64,000 nt of DNA from Candidatus Woesearchaeota archaeon (GCA_964592915.1 CAZQGH010000002.1:6435-70434); one strand, 5' to 3'; counted from the stretch's first letter, positions 1-11,220 are shown. Notes: generated by a model not told the origin, from the letters alone. Made by a program: numbers and translations.

Positions 1-1
1 T

Positions 2-697
2 CCTAAAAAAGGTTTTGAAATTGAAAAAGGGCCCATATTTGCTAATTTTATTATTGCAGATGAAATAAACAGAAGTCCTCCAAAAACTCAGTCAGCTTTA
101 ATTGAAGCTATGCAGGAGAAGCAGGTTACTATTGGGAAAACCACTTTTAGATTGCCTTTGCCATTTTTTGTTATGGCAACTGAAAATCCTTTAGAAACAT
201 CAGGGGTTTATACTTTGCCAGAAGCGCAAGTAGACAGATTTTTGTTCAAAGTTCTAATGGGGTATCCGGAAATTGATGAAGAAAGCAAGATTATGGAGCA
301 AAATATGACTTTAAAGAAGTTTGATGATTTTAATTTGAAAGCTGTAACTTCCCCTAAAGAAATTTTAAAAATGCAGGAATTAACTAAAAGAGTCTATTTA
401 AATGATAAAGTAAAGCAGTATATTCTGAAAATTATTGAAATGACCAGAAAAAAGAATTTTGAAAATGGCAAATATATTGAGTATGGAGGTTCACCAAGAG
501 CAAGCATTGGAATTTTTATAGCTAGCAAGGCTCAAGCATTAATTGAAGGAAGAAATTATGTGGTTCCCAAAGATGTAAAAAAAGTTGTGTATGATGTTTT
601 GAGGCATAGAGTCATTTTATCTTATAGAGCTGGTGTTGAAGGAATAACTTCTGACAAGATTATTAAGGAAATTTTAGAGAAAATTAATATTCCTTAG
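2..697 (+). CDS. MoxR-like AAA+ ATPase (5' end truncated by window edge)
   Basis: In-frame translation from position 2 reads ...ADEINRSPPKTQSALIEAMQEKQVTIG...FFVMATENP, the MoxR/AAA_3 sensor region. Followed by DUF58 and vWA genes (Bat-like operon). Confidence 0.8.
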   Translation, partial: PKKGFEIEKGPIFANFIIADEINRSPPKTQSALIEAMQEKQVTIGKTTFRLPLPFFVMATENPLETSGVYTLPEAQVDRFLFKVLMGYPEIDEESKIMEQNMTLKKFDDFNLKAVTSPKEILKMQELTKRVYLNDKVKQYILKIIEMTRKKNFENGKYIEYGGSPRASIGIFIASKAQALIEGRNYVVPKDVKKVVYDVLRHRVILSYRAGVEGITSDKIIKEILEKINIP

Positions 698-703
698 TCT
701 TTT

Positions 704-1627
704 TTGAAAATGGCTAAAAAACAAAGATTAAATATAGATTTAGGTGAGAGAATATCAGAATTTGAAGCATTGATGAAGCATTTTTTGATTCAAAGAATTA
801 TTTATAAAATTATTTTTAGAGGCAAGGGGTTGGAATTTGACGGATATAGAGATTTTTCTCCTGAAGATGATGCCATTGATATTGACTGGAAAGCGACTAT
901 GAGAGCCAATAAAGTATTAGTTAGAAAATATATTGAAGAAAGAGATTTGAAAATAATGTTTGTAATTGATGTTTCAGATAATATGGTTTTTGGTTCTGCT
1001 AAAAAGTTAAAATGTGAAGTTGCTGCTGAATTAGCTGGAACAATGGCTCATTTGATTATCACTTCTGGGGACAGAGTTGGTTTTACATTTTATAATGACG
1101 GAGTTTTAGAAACAGTTCAGCCAAAAGGAGGAAAAAACAGGTTTCATTCGTTTGTTTATGAATTAGGAGACCCAAAAAAGTATGGAGGAAATTCAAATTT
1201 AACTAAAACACTTGATTTTTTGCTGGATTATCTTGATGAGTCAACTTCAGCTGTAATAATTATTTCTGATTTTATCCATGTTAATAAAGAACTGCATGAA
1301 AATCTTAAATTATTCGGGCAAAAATTTGAAACCATGGCAATGATGGTTAAAGACCCTTTAGATATAACTTTCCCAATGATTAATCAGGAGGTTACAATTG
1401 AAGATCCAGTTACAAATCAACAAATAATTGTAAATCCTCGTGTTGCTAAGAAAATATATGAAAAAAATGCTTTAGAACAGGAGAGAATGGTTGAAGAAAT
1501 TTTTAATGATTGCGGAGTAGATTTACTTAAAATTAATACCAGTGAAAAATTTGTCCCTGAATTAGCTGCATATTTGAGAGAAAGAGCTGAAAAGGGCAAG
1601 AAAGTAATTCAGAGAGGTGCAATATGA
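704..1627 (+). CDS. DUF58-domain protein (MoxR partner)
   Basis: 307 aa starting 7 nt after the MoxR stop. Contains IDWKATMRANKVLVRKY...IMFVIDVS, typical of DUF58, with vWA-like geometry. Confidence 0.55.
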   Translation: MKMAKKQRLNIDLGERISEFEALMKHFLIQRIIYKIIFRGKGLEFDGYRDFSPEDDAIDIDWKATMRANKVLVRKYIEERDLKIMFVIDVSDNMVFGSAKKLKCEVAAELAGTMAHLIITSGDRVGFTFYNDGVLETVQPKGGKNRFHSFVYELGDPKKYGGNSNLTKTLDFLLDYLDESTSAVIIISDFIHVNKELHENLKLFGQKFETMAMMVKDPLDITFPMINQEVTIEDPVTNQQIIVNPRVAKKIYEKNALEQERMVEEIFNDCGVDLLKINTSEKFVPELAAYLRERAEKGKKVIQRGAI

Positions 1628-2544
1628 ATTTTACATTTGCTCATCCCCAGTATTTATTATTGCTATTATTAGTCCCTCTGGCAATTTTTATTTATTTTGT
1701 CTCATTACGAAGTTTCAGAAAAAGAGCTTTAAAATTTGCAAATTTTGAAGCAATTTCGAAAGTTAAAGGGGTGGATATATTATCTAAAAATATTTCAGTT
1801 TTTATTTTAAGTTTAATAATCATTATTTTGTTGTCATTAGCTGTGTCAGGTATGGTTATGCATGTGATGATGCAGGGAAGTTCATTTTCATTTGTTTTAG
1901 CTTTGGATGTTTCCAGGAGTATGGAAGCAGATGATTTAGCTCCTACTAGGATACAAGCTGCTAAATCCACATGCATCAATTTTGTTGAAACTTCTCCGAG
2001 AAACACTGAAATTGGGGTTGTTTCTTTTTCAGGAAATACATATATTGAGCATGATTTGACAACAAATAAAGATGAAGTTGTAAATGCAATAAAGCAAATA
2101 CAGATAAGTTCAGTTGAAGGAACAGATATTTATGAAGCTGTGATTACCAGCAGTAATTTATTGAAAAATTATGAAGGTAAAGCTATGATTTTATTAAGTG
2201 ACGGGCAGATAAATGTTCCTAGTTTAGAAGAGGCAATTGAATATGCAAATGAAAATGATATCATAATTAATACTCTTGGGATAGGAACCGAGGAAGGCGG
2301 AAAAACATCTTTTGGAGATTCCAGGATAAATGAAGAATCTTTAAAATCATTAGCTTTTAATACTGGGGGAAATTATTTTAAAGCTGAAACTAATCAGGAA
2401 CTGGAAGATAACTTTAATCAGATGCTGGATTTAACTGAGAAAAAAGTTGCAATTGAATTAGATTTTTATTTTGTTTTTACTTCATTAATTATATTTTTTA
2501 TAATCTATGTTCTTATCAATACAAAGCATAAATCTTTACCTTGA
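1624..2544 (+). CDS. von Willebrand factor A domain membrane protein (BatA-like)
   Basis: Overlaps the upstream stop by 4 nt. N-terminal and C-terminal TM helices. MIDAS-like motif LALDVSRSM plus GTDIYEAV and LLSDGQ. Confidence 0.7.
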   Translation: MNFTFAHPQYLLLLLLVPLAIFIYFVSLRSFRKRALKFANFEAISKVKGVDILSKNISVFILSLIIIILLSLAVSGMVMHVMMQGSSFSFVLALDVSRSMEADDLAPTRIQAAKSTCINFVETSPRNTEIGVVSFSGNTYIEHDLTTNKDEVVNAIKQIQISSVEGTDIYEAVITSSNLLKNYEGKAMILLSDGQINVPSLEEAIEYANENDIIINTLGIGTEEGGKTSFGDSRINEESLKSLAFNTGGNYFKAETNQELEDNFNQMLDLTEKKVAIELDFYFVFTSLIIFFIIYVLINTKHKSLP

Positions 2545-2955
2545 GTCATAATTAGTATCAATTGCTTTTTCAAACATTTTTATTAATTTAGAAATTTCTT
2601 TTTTATCTGGCTTTTCTTTTGCGTAAATTACTTTTTCCATTTCTTTTGAAAATTTGATAAAATCTTTTTTGTTTAATTGTTCAAATTTTTCAGTAATTTC
2701 AGAATAATCTAATTTATAATTAAATCCAAATGCTTCTTTAAAAAAATCTTTAGCTGTTTGACTTAAGATATCAATTTTTTCTTTTTGCTTTTTCCTGTTT
2801 TTTTTCAATTTGCCAATTTTTTGCATATAAATTTTTTTTAAATTATGCTTTTCTTTATGCAGTTTCTTCTTAGTTTTTCTTTCTATAATTGCCAAAACAA
2901 CTATAAGTATGATTATGATTATTATTGCTGAATAAATTAATAATGTTAGTGACAT
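2536..2955 (-). CDS. small Lys-rich membrane-anchored protein, hypothetical
   Basis: N-terminal hydrophobic helix followed by a highly basic and acidic coiled-coil-like region. No recognisable domain. Confidence 0.3.
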   Translation of the reverse strand: MSLTLLIYSAIIIIIILIVVLAIIERKTKKKLHKEKHNLKKIYMQKIGKLKKNRKKQKEKIDILSQTAKDFFKEAFGFNYKLDYSEITEKFEQLNKKDFIKFSKEMEKVIYAKEKPDKKEISKLIKMFEKAIDTNYDSR

Positions 2956-3218
2956 TTTTTCTTCTTTTTATATATTAATCAGTCAGGGTATAAAAATTTA
3001 ACTAACTTATATTATATATTATAATATATATAATATAAAGTATATATTATAGAACTCTATTTTGGTATTATGCCCTTATAAGGCTTGTAAACCTTAAATT
3101 TTAGCAGAAACATTTATAAAGCTTATTTAGTTTTATATGATATAAAAGAGCCAAGACCTCTTTTTGAAAAAAAATTAATATCATTTTTATGAGGTATTAG
3201 AGAGATTTATCTAAAAAA

Positions 3219-5099
3219 ATGGCTGAAAAAAACTCATATACAGGTAAGGAAATCAAAGTATTGGAAGGTTTAGAAGGAGTCAGACTTAGGCCTGCAATGT
3301 ATATTGGTTCTACTGGGAAAGAAGGGTTGCATCATTTAGTTTATGAAGTTGTTGATAATTCAGTTGATGAATGCTTAGCTGGAGTGTGCAACAAAATTAT
3401 TGTAACTATTCATAAAGATAATTCTGTTACTGTTGAAGATAATGGAAGAGGAATTCCTGTAGATATAAACCCTATCCATAAAAAATCAGCTTTGGAATTA
3501 GTTACAACTAAGCTGCATGCTGGAGGGAAATTTGACAAAAAATCTTATGCAATTTCTGGGGGATTGCATGGAGTAGGAATCTCTGTTGTAAATGCTTTGT
3601 CTAAAGAAATGACAGCTGAAGTAAGAAGAGAAGGCAAAATTTACAAGCAAGAATATAAAAAAGGTGAACCAAAAGGCAAAGTTAAGGAAGTTGGAAAGAC
3701 AAAAGAAACAGGAACAAAAATCACTTTTATACCTGATGATGATATTTTTACAACTTCTGAATTTGACTTTAACACATTAGCTACAAGATTCAGAGAAATT
3801 GCTTTTTTAAATGCAGGATTAAATTTAACTTTGAAAGATGAAAGAAAAGGAAAAAAAGAGGAATTTCATTATGGAGGAGGATTAATTGAATTTGTTAAAT
3901 GGTTGAACAAGACAAAAGATTCCATACATAATCCTATTTTCTTCAAGAAAAAAGAGGGAGAGACAGTTATGGAAATAGCTATACAGTATAATGCTGGTTA
4001 TCAGGAAAATATTTTTGGCTTTGTCAACACTATTAATACAGTTGAAGGAGGAACCCATATAACAGGGTTTAAATCTGCCTTAACAAGAGTAATAAATGAT
4101 TATGCTAAAAGAAACAATATAATAAAAAAAGGAAATTTATCTGGAAATGATGTCAGAGAGGGGTTAACAGCTGTTGTTTCAATAAAAATCCCTGAACCTC
4201 AATTTGAAGGACAAACCAAAACAAAATTAGGAAATTCTGAAATTAAGGGAGAAGTAGATTCTGCTGTTACTCAGCATTTATCCGAGTTTTTAGAAGAAAA
4301 TCCCAAAATAGCTAAAAAAATTGCTGGAAAAGCAGCTGATTCTGCAAGAGCCAGAATGGCAGCTAAGAAAGCTAAAGATTTAGTCAGGAGAAAATCAGCT
4401 TTTGGTTTGTCAGGTTTGCCTGGAAAATTAGCTGATTGTTCATCAAAGAAAAAGGAAAAAACTGAATTGTATATAGTTGAGGGAGACAGCGCAGCTGGCT
4501 CGAGTAAACAGGCTCGTAATAAAGAGTTTCAGGCTATATTGCCATTAAGAGGTAAAATATTGAATGTTGAGAAAGCTGCTCCTGTAAAAGTTTTGTCAAA
4601 TAATGAAATTGCAAGTTTGATTACAGCAATCGGAACAGGAATTGGAGATGAATTTGAATTAAAAAAATTAAGATATAACAAGATTATTTTAATGAGTGAT
4701 GCTGATATTGATGGTCAACATATTAAAACTCTGTTATTGACTTTCTTTTTCAGGTTTATGCCTCAGTTAATTGAAAATGGAAATATCTATGTTGCTGTTC
4801 CCCCATTATATAGAGTTAGGAAAAAGAAAGATCATTATGCTTATACTGAAAAGGAATTGGAAAGATTAACTAAAAAGTTATCTAAACCCAAAGTTACTAG
4901 ATTTAAAGGATTGGGAGAGATGAATCCTTCTCAGTTATGGGAAACAACTATGAATCCTAAATCAAGATTATTAAAAAAAGTTACAATTGATGATGCTGTT
5001 GAAACTGACAGAATATTTTCAATATTAATGGGAGATGATGTAGCTCCAAGAAAGCAATTCATAGTAGAAAAAGCTCATGAAGCTTTTGTAGATATATAA
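3219..5099 (+). CDS. gyrB: DNA gyrase subunit B
   Basis: Contains LEGLEGVRLRPAMYIGST, HHLVYEVVDNSVDE (GHKL ATPase) and a TOPRIM motif EGDSAAG...DADIDGQHI. Immediately followed by gyrA. Confidence 0.9.
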   Translation: MAEKNSYTGKEIKVLEGLEGVRLRPAMYIGSTGKEGLHHLVYEVVDNSVDECLAGVCNKIIVTIHKDNSVTVEDNGRGIPVDINPIHKKSALELVTTKLHAGGKFDKKSYAISGGLHGVGISVVNALSKEMTAEVRREGKIYKQEYKKGEPKGKVKEVGKTKETGTKITFIPDDDIFTTSEFDFNTLATRFREIAFLNAGLNLTLKDERKGKKEEFHYGGGLIEFVKWLNKTKDSIHNPIFFKKKEGETVMEIAIQYNAGYQENIFGFVNTINTVEGGTHITGFKSALTRVINDYAKRNNIIKKGNLSGNDVREGLTAVVSIKIPEPQFEGQTKTKLGNSEIKGEVDSAVTQHLSEFLEENPKIAKKIAGKAADSARARMAAKKAKDLVRRKSAFGLSGLPGKLADCSSKKKEKTELYIVEGDSAAGSSKQARNKEFQAILPLRGKILNVEKAAPVKVLSNNEIASLITAIGTGIGDEFELKKLRYNKIILMSDADIDGQHIKTLLLTFFFRFMPQLIENGNIYVAVPPLYRVRKKKDHYAYTEKELERLTKKLSKPKVTRFKGLGEMNPSQLWETTMNPKSRLLKKVTIDDAVETDRIFSILMGDDVAPRKQFIVEKAHEAFVDI

Positions 5100-5102
5100 A
5101 AA

Positions 5103-7598
5103 ATGGCAGAAGAAAATAAAGACGAACAGAAAGAACTTGAAGAACCTCCTAAAGTTATTAAAGAAGCTGTTGAAGAAAAAGGAGTAGAACCAGCTGAAAT
5201 TACTGAGGAGATGGAGCAGGCATATATAGATTATGCCATGTCAGTTATAGTTGGGAGAGCATTACCAAGTGTAGAAGATGGTTTAAAACCAGTTCACAGA
5301 AGAATTCTTTATGCGATGAGTCTTATGGGCTTAAAACCCAATAAGCAGACAAAAAAATCCGCAAGAATTGTAGGAGATGTAATAGGCAGATTACATCCTC
5401 ACGGAGATTTAGCTGTTTATGATGCTTTGGTGAGAATGGCTCAGGATTTTTCATTAAGATATCCTTTAGTTACTGGGCAAGGCAATTTTGGTTCATTAGA
5501 TGGAGATTCTGCAGCTGCGTATAGATATACAGAGGCAAAATTAACTCCAGTATCAATGGAATTATTAGAAAATATGAACAAAAATACTGTTAAAATGCTG
5601 CCTAATTTTGATGGCTCTTTAAAAGAGCCCGAGGTTTTACCTGGCAAAATTCCTAATTTATTAATAAATGGTTCCTCAGGAATAGCTGTGGGAATGGCAA
5701 CTAATATCCCCCCTCATAATTTAACTGAAGTATGTGATGCAACAATTAAGTTTATTGAAAAACCGGACATGGATACAAAGCAGTTATTGAGATATATCCA
5801 GGGCCCTGATTTTCCTACAGGAGGGGATATAACAGGAGATATGGAAGAAATTTATACTAAAGGAAAAGGAAGAATTACTATAAGAGGAACTTCAACAGTT
5901 GAGGAAAGAAAAAAGAAAACGAGGATTGTAGTTACTGAGATTCCTTACCAGGTTAATAAAGCTGATTTGATAAGCCAGATAGCAAAATTAGTAGGAGATA
6001 AAAAACTAACTGATATCAGAGATATCAGAGATGAATCAGCTAAAGGAAAAGTAAGAATTGTTATTGAGCTAAAAAAAGGGGCAGATCCTAAATTCACAAT
6101 AAACAGATTGTATAAACATACACGATTACAGGACAGATTTGATGTTAATTTAGTCGGATTAATAGATGGAAAACCTCAGACATTAAATCTGAGGAAGATA
6201 GTCAAGGCTTATGTTGACCACAGGAAATTAATGATTGAGAGGAGAACTAAATTTGACTTGAAAAATGCACAAAACAGATTAGAGATTGTTGAAGGGTTGC
6301 TGATTGCATTAAAAGATATAGATAAAGTTATTGATACCATAAAAAAAGCTGCAAATACCACAGAAGCAAGAGATAAATTGATGAAGGGATATAAATTATC
6401 TACAAAACAAGCTGATGCAATTTTGGAAATAAGATTATCTTCTTTAACAAGATTAGAGCAGGACAAGCTGAAAAAAGAAAAAGAAGATTTAAAGCAAACA
6501 ATAAAAGAACTGGAAAAAATATTGTCAAGTGAAAAGGAAATTCTTCAAGTAATAAGAAAAGAATTATTGGAAGTAAAAAGAAAATACGGCGATGAAAGAA
6601 AAAGTTCTGTATTAGACAGAATGAAAAAGCTTAAAGAAAAAGATTTAGTTAAGAAATCTCAAGTTGTAATATCCATAACAGACAAAGGTTATGTTAAGAG
6701 ACAGGATTTGAGAACATATAAAGAGCAAAAAAGAGGGGGAAAAGGAGTAATTGGTTCAGATTTGGCAACAGGAGATTTTGTCAAAGAAATAATAACCTGT
6801 TCAACTCACGATTACTTAATGCTGTTTACAAATAAAGGAAGAGTTTATTGGTTAAAGGCATTTAAAGTTCCTGAGATAAGAAGATATGGTAAAGGGAAAG
6901 CAATTGTAAATATTGTTAAATTAAAAAAAGGAGAAGCAATAGCATCAATTTTAAATGTTAAGAACTTTGAAGGGGAAATAATATTGTCAAGCAAAAACGG
7001 GCATGTTAAAAAATTAAATCTGGAAAAACTATCTAAACCAAGAAAAACAGGAGTTAGAGTAATGAAATTACCTTCTAAAGATGATTTGATTGATGTTAAA
7101 GAAGTTTCTAAGGATGCAGAAATAATGCTGATTTCTTCTAAAGGACAGGCAATTAGATTTAAAAGCAATGAAGTCAGAAGCATGGGAAAGGCAGCTTATG
7201 GAGTTACAGGGATTAAATTAGGCAAAGAAGATGAAGTAGTTAGCATGGAAGTTGTTGAAAAAGAAGACAAAGAAAAAACTCTTCTAACTATTTCAGAAAA
7301 AGGATATGGGAAAAGAAGCAAAATTACAGATTACAGAGTTATTGGAAGAGCTGGAAAAGGAGTTATTAATTTGAAAGTTACTCAGAAAACAGGGAATGTT
7401 GTGTCAACAGTTCTGGCAGAATCAACCGATTCAGTAATTGTAACAACAGCTAAAGGAATGATAATAAGGACAAATATGAAAGGAATAAGAGTAATAGGAA
7501 GAGCTACTCAGGGAGTCAGGATAGTCAAATTGCAAAAAGGAGACAGAGTTTCTGATATTTTAAAAGTACCAGAAGCTGAAGAAGAGGAACAAATTTAA
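5103..7598 (+). CDS. gyrA: DNA gyrase subunit A
   Basis: Contains [24 protein letters not shown] and [11 protein letters not shown] (active-site Tyr region). C-terminal beta-pinwheel repeats. 831 aa. Confidence 0.9.
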   Translation: MAEENKDEQKELEEPPKVIKEAVEEKGVEPAEITEEMEQAYIDYAMSVIVGRALPSVEDGLKPVHRRILYAMSLMGLKPNKQTKKSARIVGDVIGRLHPHGDLAVYDALVRMAQDFSLRYPLVTGQGNFGSLDGDSAAAYRYTEAKLTPVSMELLENMNKNTVKMLPNFDGSLKEPEVLPGKIPNLLINGSSGIAVGMATNIPPHNLTEVCDATIKFIEKPDMDTKQLLRYIQGPDFPTGGDITGDMEEIYTKGKGRITIRGTSTVEERKKKTRIVVTEIPYQVNKADLISQIAKLVGDKKLTDIRDIRDESAKGKVRIVIELKKGADPKFTINRLYKHTRLQDRFDVNLVGLIDGKPQTLNLRKIVKAYVDHRKLMIERRTKFDLKNAQNRLEIVEGLLIALKDIDKVIDTIKKAANTTEARDKLMKGYKLSTKQADAILEIRLSSLTRLEQDKLKKEKEDLKQTIKELEKILSSEKEILQVIRKELLEVKRKYGDERKSSVLDRMKKLKEKDLVKKSQVVISITDKGYVKRQDLRTYKEQKRGGKGVIGSDLATGDFVKEIITCSTHDYLMLFTNKGRVYWLKAFKVPEIRRYGKGKAIVNIVKLKKGEAIASILNVKNFEGEIILSSKNGHVKKLNLEKLSKPRKTGVRVMKLPSKDDLIDVKEVSKDAEIMLISSKGQAIRFKSNEVRSMGKAAYGVTGIKLGKEDEVVSMEVVEKEDKEKTLLTISEKGYGKRSKITDYRVIGRAGKGVINLKVTQKTGNVVSTVLAESTDSVIVTTAKGMIIRTNMKGIRVIGRATQGVRIVKLQKGDRVSDILKVPEAEEEEQI

Positions 7599-7657
7599 AC
7601 TAATTTTATATTTTGCAGTATAATAATGTTTATAAATTAGAATTTTGAAATAAAAAT

Positions 7658-8044
7658 ATGGTTTCAGAAATTATTGAAAAATTAAGAAAAAATGATAAGA
7701 ATACTGATGTAGTTTTTGATTTAGAAGCAGATTCGTTAACAAGCCAGATAATCTTGCAGACTGGTTTGAGAATTTCAGATTTTGATTTATTTGTTTTGTC
7801 TCCAGAAAATGGAAAGTATAGAGGAGAATTATTTTCAGGATATGAGTATAGGGTGGAAGAAGGAGAAGCGTGGATTGAAAAACCAGGTTTAGGTATGAGA
7901 ATTCCTGGCAATAAATTAGTTGCAGAAAATGTTCCTGTCAATGTAAGATTTGATGGCAATTATGATTTTAAAAGTCACGATTTATTAGTATTTGTCAGAA
8001 GAGAAAGAGAAACTTCTTATAAAATGGATGTTTATGCTGAATAA
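7658..8044 (+). CDS. hypothetical protein
   Basis: 128-aa ORF with a coding-like composition. No recognisable motif. Confidence 0.3.
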   Translation: MVSEIIEKLRKNDKNTDVVFDLEADSLTSQIILQTGLRISDFDLFVLSPENGKYRGELFSGYEYRVEEGEAWIEKPGLGMRIPGNKLVAENVPVNVRFDGNYDFKSHDLLVFVRRERETSYKMDVYAE

Positions 8045-8179
8045 ATATTTTATTATGTATCATAGACAGGTAATAAATATCCTGAGTAAAATAATTTTTT
8101 GTTAATTAATTTATTATGAAAAAATTTCTGTGTTGTTTAAATTATCTGGCAATAAAAAAGGTTTTTGATATAAGAAAAA

Positions 8180-10468
8180 TCAACCTAAATAAGGTTTATC
8201 CAAGGCAGCTTTAGCTGATTTCAGATAGTCATCTTCTACTTTTTTATAACTTTCTAAATCTTCTTTTTTTACTGAAGCTTTAACTTTTTTCATAGCTTCA
8301 TCAAAATGTTTTTTCTTAACTTCTTTTGTTTTAATGTCTTTTCTTAGAGCTATCATCGCAGCTTCTCTAACCAGGTTTTCCAAATCAGCTCCGACATAGC
8401 CCTCAGTTTGTTCTGATAATTTTTTCAAGCTGACATCTTTTCCTAAAGGCATTTTTTTTGTATGTATTTTCAGGATTTCTTCTCTGCCTTTTTTGTTTGG
8501 AACAGAAACTAGCGATATTCTGTCAAATCTACCAGGCCTTAATAATGCCGGGTCTAACATGTCTGGACGGTTAGTAGCTGCTATCACAATAACATTTGAT
8601 AATTCTTCTAATCCATCCATTTCTGCTAATAACTGGTTTAGAACTCTTTCAGTGACTTTTGTTCCTTGTTCAACTCCTCTTCTTCCGGCTAATGAGTCAA
8701 TTTCATCAAAAAATATTATACATGGCGCAACTTGTCTTGCTCTTTCAAATACTTTTCTTATTCCTTCCTCAGATTTTCCTACCCACATACTTAATAACGA
8801 AGGTCCTTTTACCTGAATAAAATTAGATTCTGATTCTTTTGCCACAGCTTTAGCCAGCAATGTTTTTCCTGTTCCTGGTGGGCCATATAATAGTATTCCA
8901 CGAGGAGGTCTTATACCCATTCTTGTAAATGAGTCAGGATTGTTAAGAGGCCATTCAACAGCTTCTTTTAATTCCTGTTCAATATCTTCTAATCCTCCGA
9001 CATCTTTCCAGCCTACATTTGGAGTTTCTACTAAAACTTCTCTCATTGCAGATGGCCTAACAGCTTTAAGAGCTTCTTTAAAATCAGAGTTTGTGATTCT
9101 TAATTCGTCTAAAACTTCTTTTGGGATTTGTTCCCCTTCTTTTAAATTTAGTTTAGGCATGTGTTTTCTTAAAACAATCATTGCTGCTTCTTTTGCTAAA
9201 GACTCTAAATCTGCACCAACAAATCCATGAGTTATTCCTGCATAGGATTCTAAATCAACATCTTTCTCTAAAGGCATGTTTCTTGTATGGATTTTCAATA
9301 TAGCTAATCTGCCTTGCTTGTCAGGAACATTTATTTCAATTTCTCTGTCAAATCTACCAGGCCTTCTTAAAGCGGGGTCTACAGCATTTGGCCTATTAGT
9401 AGCTCCTATTACAATTACTTTGCCCCTTCCTTTTAATCCGTCCATCATGGTTAATAACTGAGAAACAACTCTTCTTTCTACTTCCCCATATGCTTCTTCT
9501 CTTTTTGGAGCAATTGCATCAATTTCATCAATAAATATTATAGTTGGCGAGGATTTTTCAGCTTCTTCGAAAATATCCCTGATTCTTTTTTCAGATTCTC
9601 CGTAGAATTTACTCATTATTTCTGGACCATTTAATAAAATGAAGTTAGCTTCAGATTCATTTGCCACAGCTTTTGCTAGTAAGGTTTTTCCTGTTCCTGG
9701 CGGGCCGTGCAATAAAACTCCTTTTGGAGGCTGTATGCCCAATCTTGAAAATAATTCAGGGTGTTTTAATGGCAATTCAACCATTTCTCTGATTTTTTTG
9801 ATTTCTTCATTTAATCCTCCAATATCTTCATAAGTAATTTCAGGTATTCTTTCTTCAGTAATTTCAACAGCTTTTGGAGAAACAACTACTTCAGTATTTT
9901 CTGTTATAATAACTGGTTGAGAAGGTGTTGTAGAAGCTATTACAAACTTTATCTGACTAAATCCTGAAAACCCTAAATTATTAAATGCATTTCCAAATAC
10001 AGAGCCAAAAAACTCTTCAAATTCATCAGAAATTAAATCTTTTCTTCTTTGCGCCCCTCCTAACACGACTATGTCTCCTTTTGTCACTGTTCTGCCTAAT
10101 AATCCCTGTTTAAACAATTCCGGAGAACCCTGGACTGTTATACCTTTTTGAGAAGGAGCTATAGTAACTTTTTTTGCTTCTTTAACTTCAGCTTTTTCTA
10201 TTAATATCAATTCTCCTATACCTGTTCCTGCATTTCTTCTTATAATTCCGTCAATTCTTATTATTTTTTCTCCAATATCTGCCGGATAAGCTCTGTCCAC
10301 AATAGCAACAGTTTCTTTTTTACCTTTAATTTTGATTACATCTCCTCTGTTGATGCCTAAACTTCTCATTATTTCTGTGTCAATTCTGGCTATTCCTTTG
10401 TATGCATCATCTTGTAAAGCTTCAACTACTTTTAGTCTTATATTATCTTTAGGTTTTTTTGTCGGCAT
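8180..10468 (-). CDS. cdc48: CDC48/VCP-like AAA+ ATPase with two AAA domains
   Basis: N-terminal domain plus two Walker A motifs GPPGTGKT, and two second-region-of-homology motifs ([17 protein letters not shown]). 762 aa. Confidence 0.85.
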   Translation of the reverse strand: MPTKKPKDNIRLKVVEALQDDAYKGIARIDTEIMRSLGINRGDVIKIKGKKETVAIVDRAYPADIGEKIIRIDGIIRRNAGTGIGELILIEKAEVKEAKKVTIAPSQKGITVQGSPELFKQGLLGRTVTKGDIVVLGGAQRRKDLISDEFEEFFGSVFGNAFNNLGFSGFSQIKFVIASTTPSQPVIITENTEVVVSPKAVEITEERIPEITYEDIGGLNEEIKKIREMVELPLKHPELFSRLGIQPPKGVLLHGPPGTGKTLLAKAVANESEANFILLNGPEIMSKFYGESEKRIRDIFEEAEKSSPTIIFIDEIDAIAPKREEAYGEVERRVVSQLLTMMDGLKGRGKVIVIGATNRPNAVDPALRRPGRFDREIEINVPDKQGRLAILKIHTRNMPLEKDVDLESYAGITHGFVGADLESLAKEAAMIVLRKHMPKLNLKEGEQIPKEVLDELRITNSDFKEALKAVRPSAMREVLVETPNVGWKDVGGLEDIEQELKEAVEWPLNNPDSFTRMGIRPPRGILLYGPPGTGKTLLAKAVAKESESNFIQVKGPSLLSMWVGKSEEGIRKVFERARQVAPCIIFFDEIDSLAGRRGVEQGTKVTERVLNQLLAEMDGLEELSNVIVIAATNRPDMLDPALLRPGRFDRISLVSVPNKKGREEILKIHTKKMPLGKDVSLKKLSEQTEGYVGADLENLVREAAMIALRKDIKTKEVKKKHFDEAMKKVKASVKKEDLESYKKVEDDYLKSAKAALDKPYLG

Positions 10469-10469
10469 T

Positions 10470-10727
10470 TTATAAATGATTAACTTTATTTAAGATGGTT
10501 TTAAATTCGATTTTTTCTTCTTTAGTCTCAGGAAATTGCACATGAGTCCAAAGAACTCTGTATTTTGAACTTTTTCTTATCTTCCATTTGCCTCTTGATT
10601 TAACTGCAACTTCTTCTGCCCAGTTTTCATTGGGAGGGGATAATCTTACCATTAAATATAAGTTTCCTTCAGCTTTTTTTCTAATTACTCCATAATCTTC
10701 TGTATTATTCTTAATTTGGTTTATCAT
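10470..10727 (-). CDS. hypothetical 85-aa protein, translationally coupled between the MazE-like gene and cdc48
   Basis: Its stop lies 1 nt from the cdc48 start and its start overlaps the upstream gene by 4 nt. No recognisable domain. Confidence 0.35.
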   Translation of the reverse strand: MINQIKNNTEDYGVIRKKAEGNLYLMVRLSPPNENWAEEVAVKSRGKWKIRKSSKYRVLWTHVQFPETKEEKIEFKTILNKVNHL

Positions 10728-11059
10728 TTTTCAAACATTAAACTTAGTCTTCTTGCATCTTCAAATGCAAGTTTAACCATATTATCCATTATTTTCTCTT
10801 GTTCCTTTATAAATTCTACTATTTCTTTTGGAATTGATACAGCATAACTATTTCCTACTAATCGTAACTTGACTTTAAAAGTTTTGTTTTTTAGCTTTAA
10901 ATAGTTTTCATATTCTGCTTCATCCTGAGGATGTATAATTATATTCCCGCAATCACATTTTAAAGCTCTTAATTCTAACCCGTTTTTAACAATTTTTACT
11001 TTTTGCATCTGCTTATTGCAATTTTTACATAATATCTTGTTGTCAAATATATCTGTCAT
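10724..11059 (-). CDS. zinc-ribbon plus MazE/PemI/Kis-like (AbrB/SpoVT swapped-hairpin) domain protein
   Basis: CKNCNK...CDCGN zinc ribbon followed by KVKLRLVGNSYAVSIPKEIVEFI, the GNSxAVxIPK antitoxin-type signature. The ORF track extends to 11143, but the MTDIF start at 11059 is more likely; the extension would encode palindromic DNA. Confidence 0.45.
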   Translation of the reverse strand: MTDIFDNKILCKNCNKQMQKVKIVKNGLELRALKCDCGNIIIHPQDEAEYENYLKLKNKTFKVKLRLVGNSYAVSIPKEIVEFIKEQEKIMDNMVKLAFEDARRLSLMFEK

Positions 11060-11090
11060 TTTTCTGTTATTTGTTTTGATTAGGATAACT

Positions 11091-11142
11091 GTTCCCATAG
11101 GGAACAGTTGAAAGGAGGTATGTGTATACATACATGTATACA
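11091..11142. promoter_or_regulatory. palindromic operator-like sites upstream of the zinc-ribbon/MazE-like gene
   Basis: Hairpin CTGTTCCC-ata-GGGAACAG at 11091-11109. Two copies of palindromic TGTATACA at 11123-11130 and 11135-11142. Confidence 0.4.
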
Positions 11143-11220
11143 CAGGATAATGTATATATAAATGTTTCGTTTTTTGGGATTTTTATGAGAGTAATAAATG
11201 CAAAAGAAAGAAATAATTGT

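Noticed and set aside
1417-1599. Antisense and embedded short ORFs in the track (e.g. 1417-1599, 1692-2006, 5441-5647, 6209-6466, 6845-7183, 8493-9833 set, 12141-12362, 12920-13285, 21777-22490 set, 24249-24461, 30656-30990, 57476-57931)
   Set aside because: Each lies wholly inside a strongly supported gene on the opposite strand or in another frame and has a low-complexity translation. Treated as spurious.
2956-3218. TA-rich microsatellite region upstream of gyrB, as a replication origin
   Set aside because: No ORB-like repeated elements and no adjacent orc1/cdc6. More likely an AT-rich promoter or leader.
11060-11143. N-terminal extension MYTCMYTHTSFQLFPMGTV of the zinc-ribbon/MazE-like ORF
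   Set aside because: This stretch is encoded by palindromic DNA (TGTATACA repeats and the CTGTTCCCATAGGGAACAG hairpin). It is more plausibly the promoter/operator, with translation starting at MTDIF.
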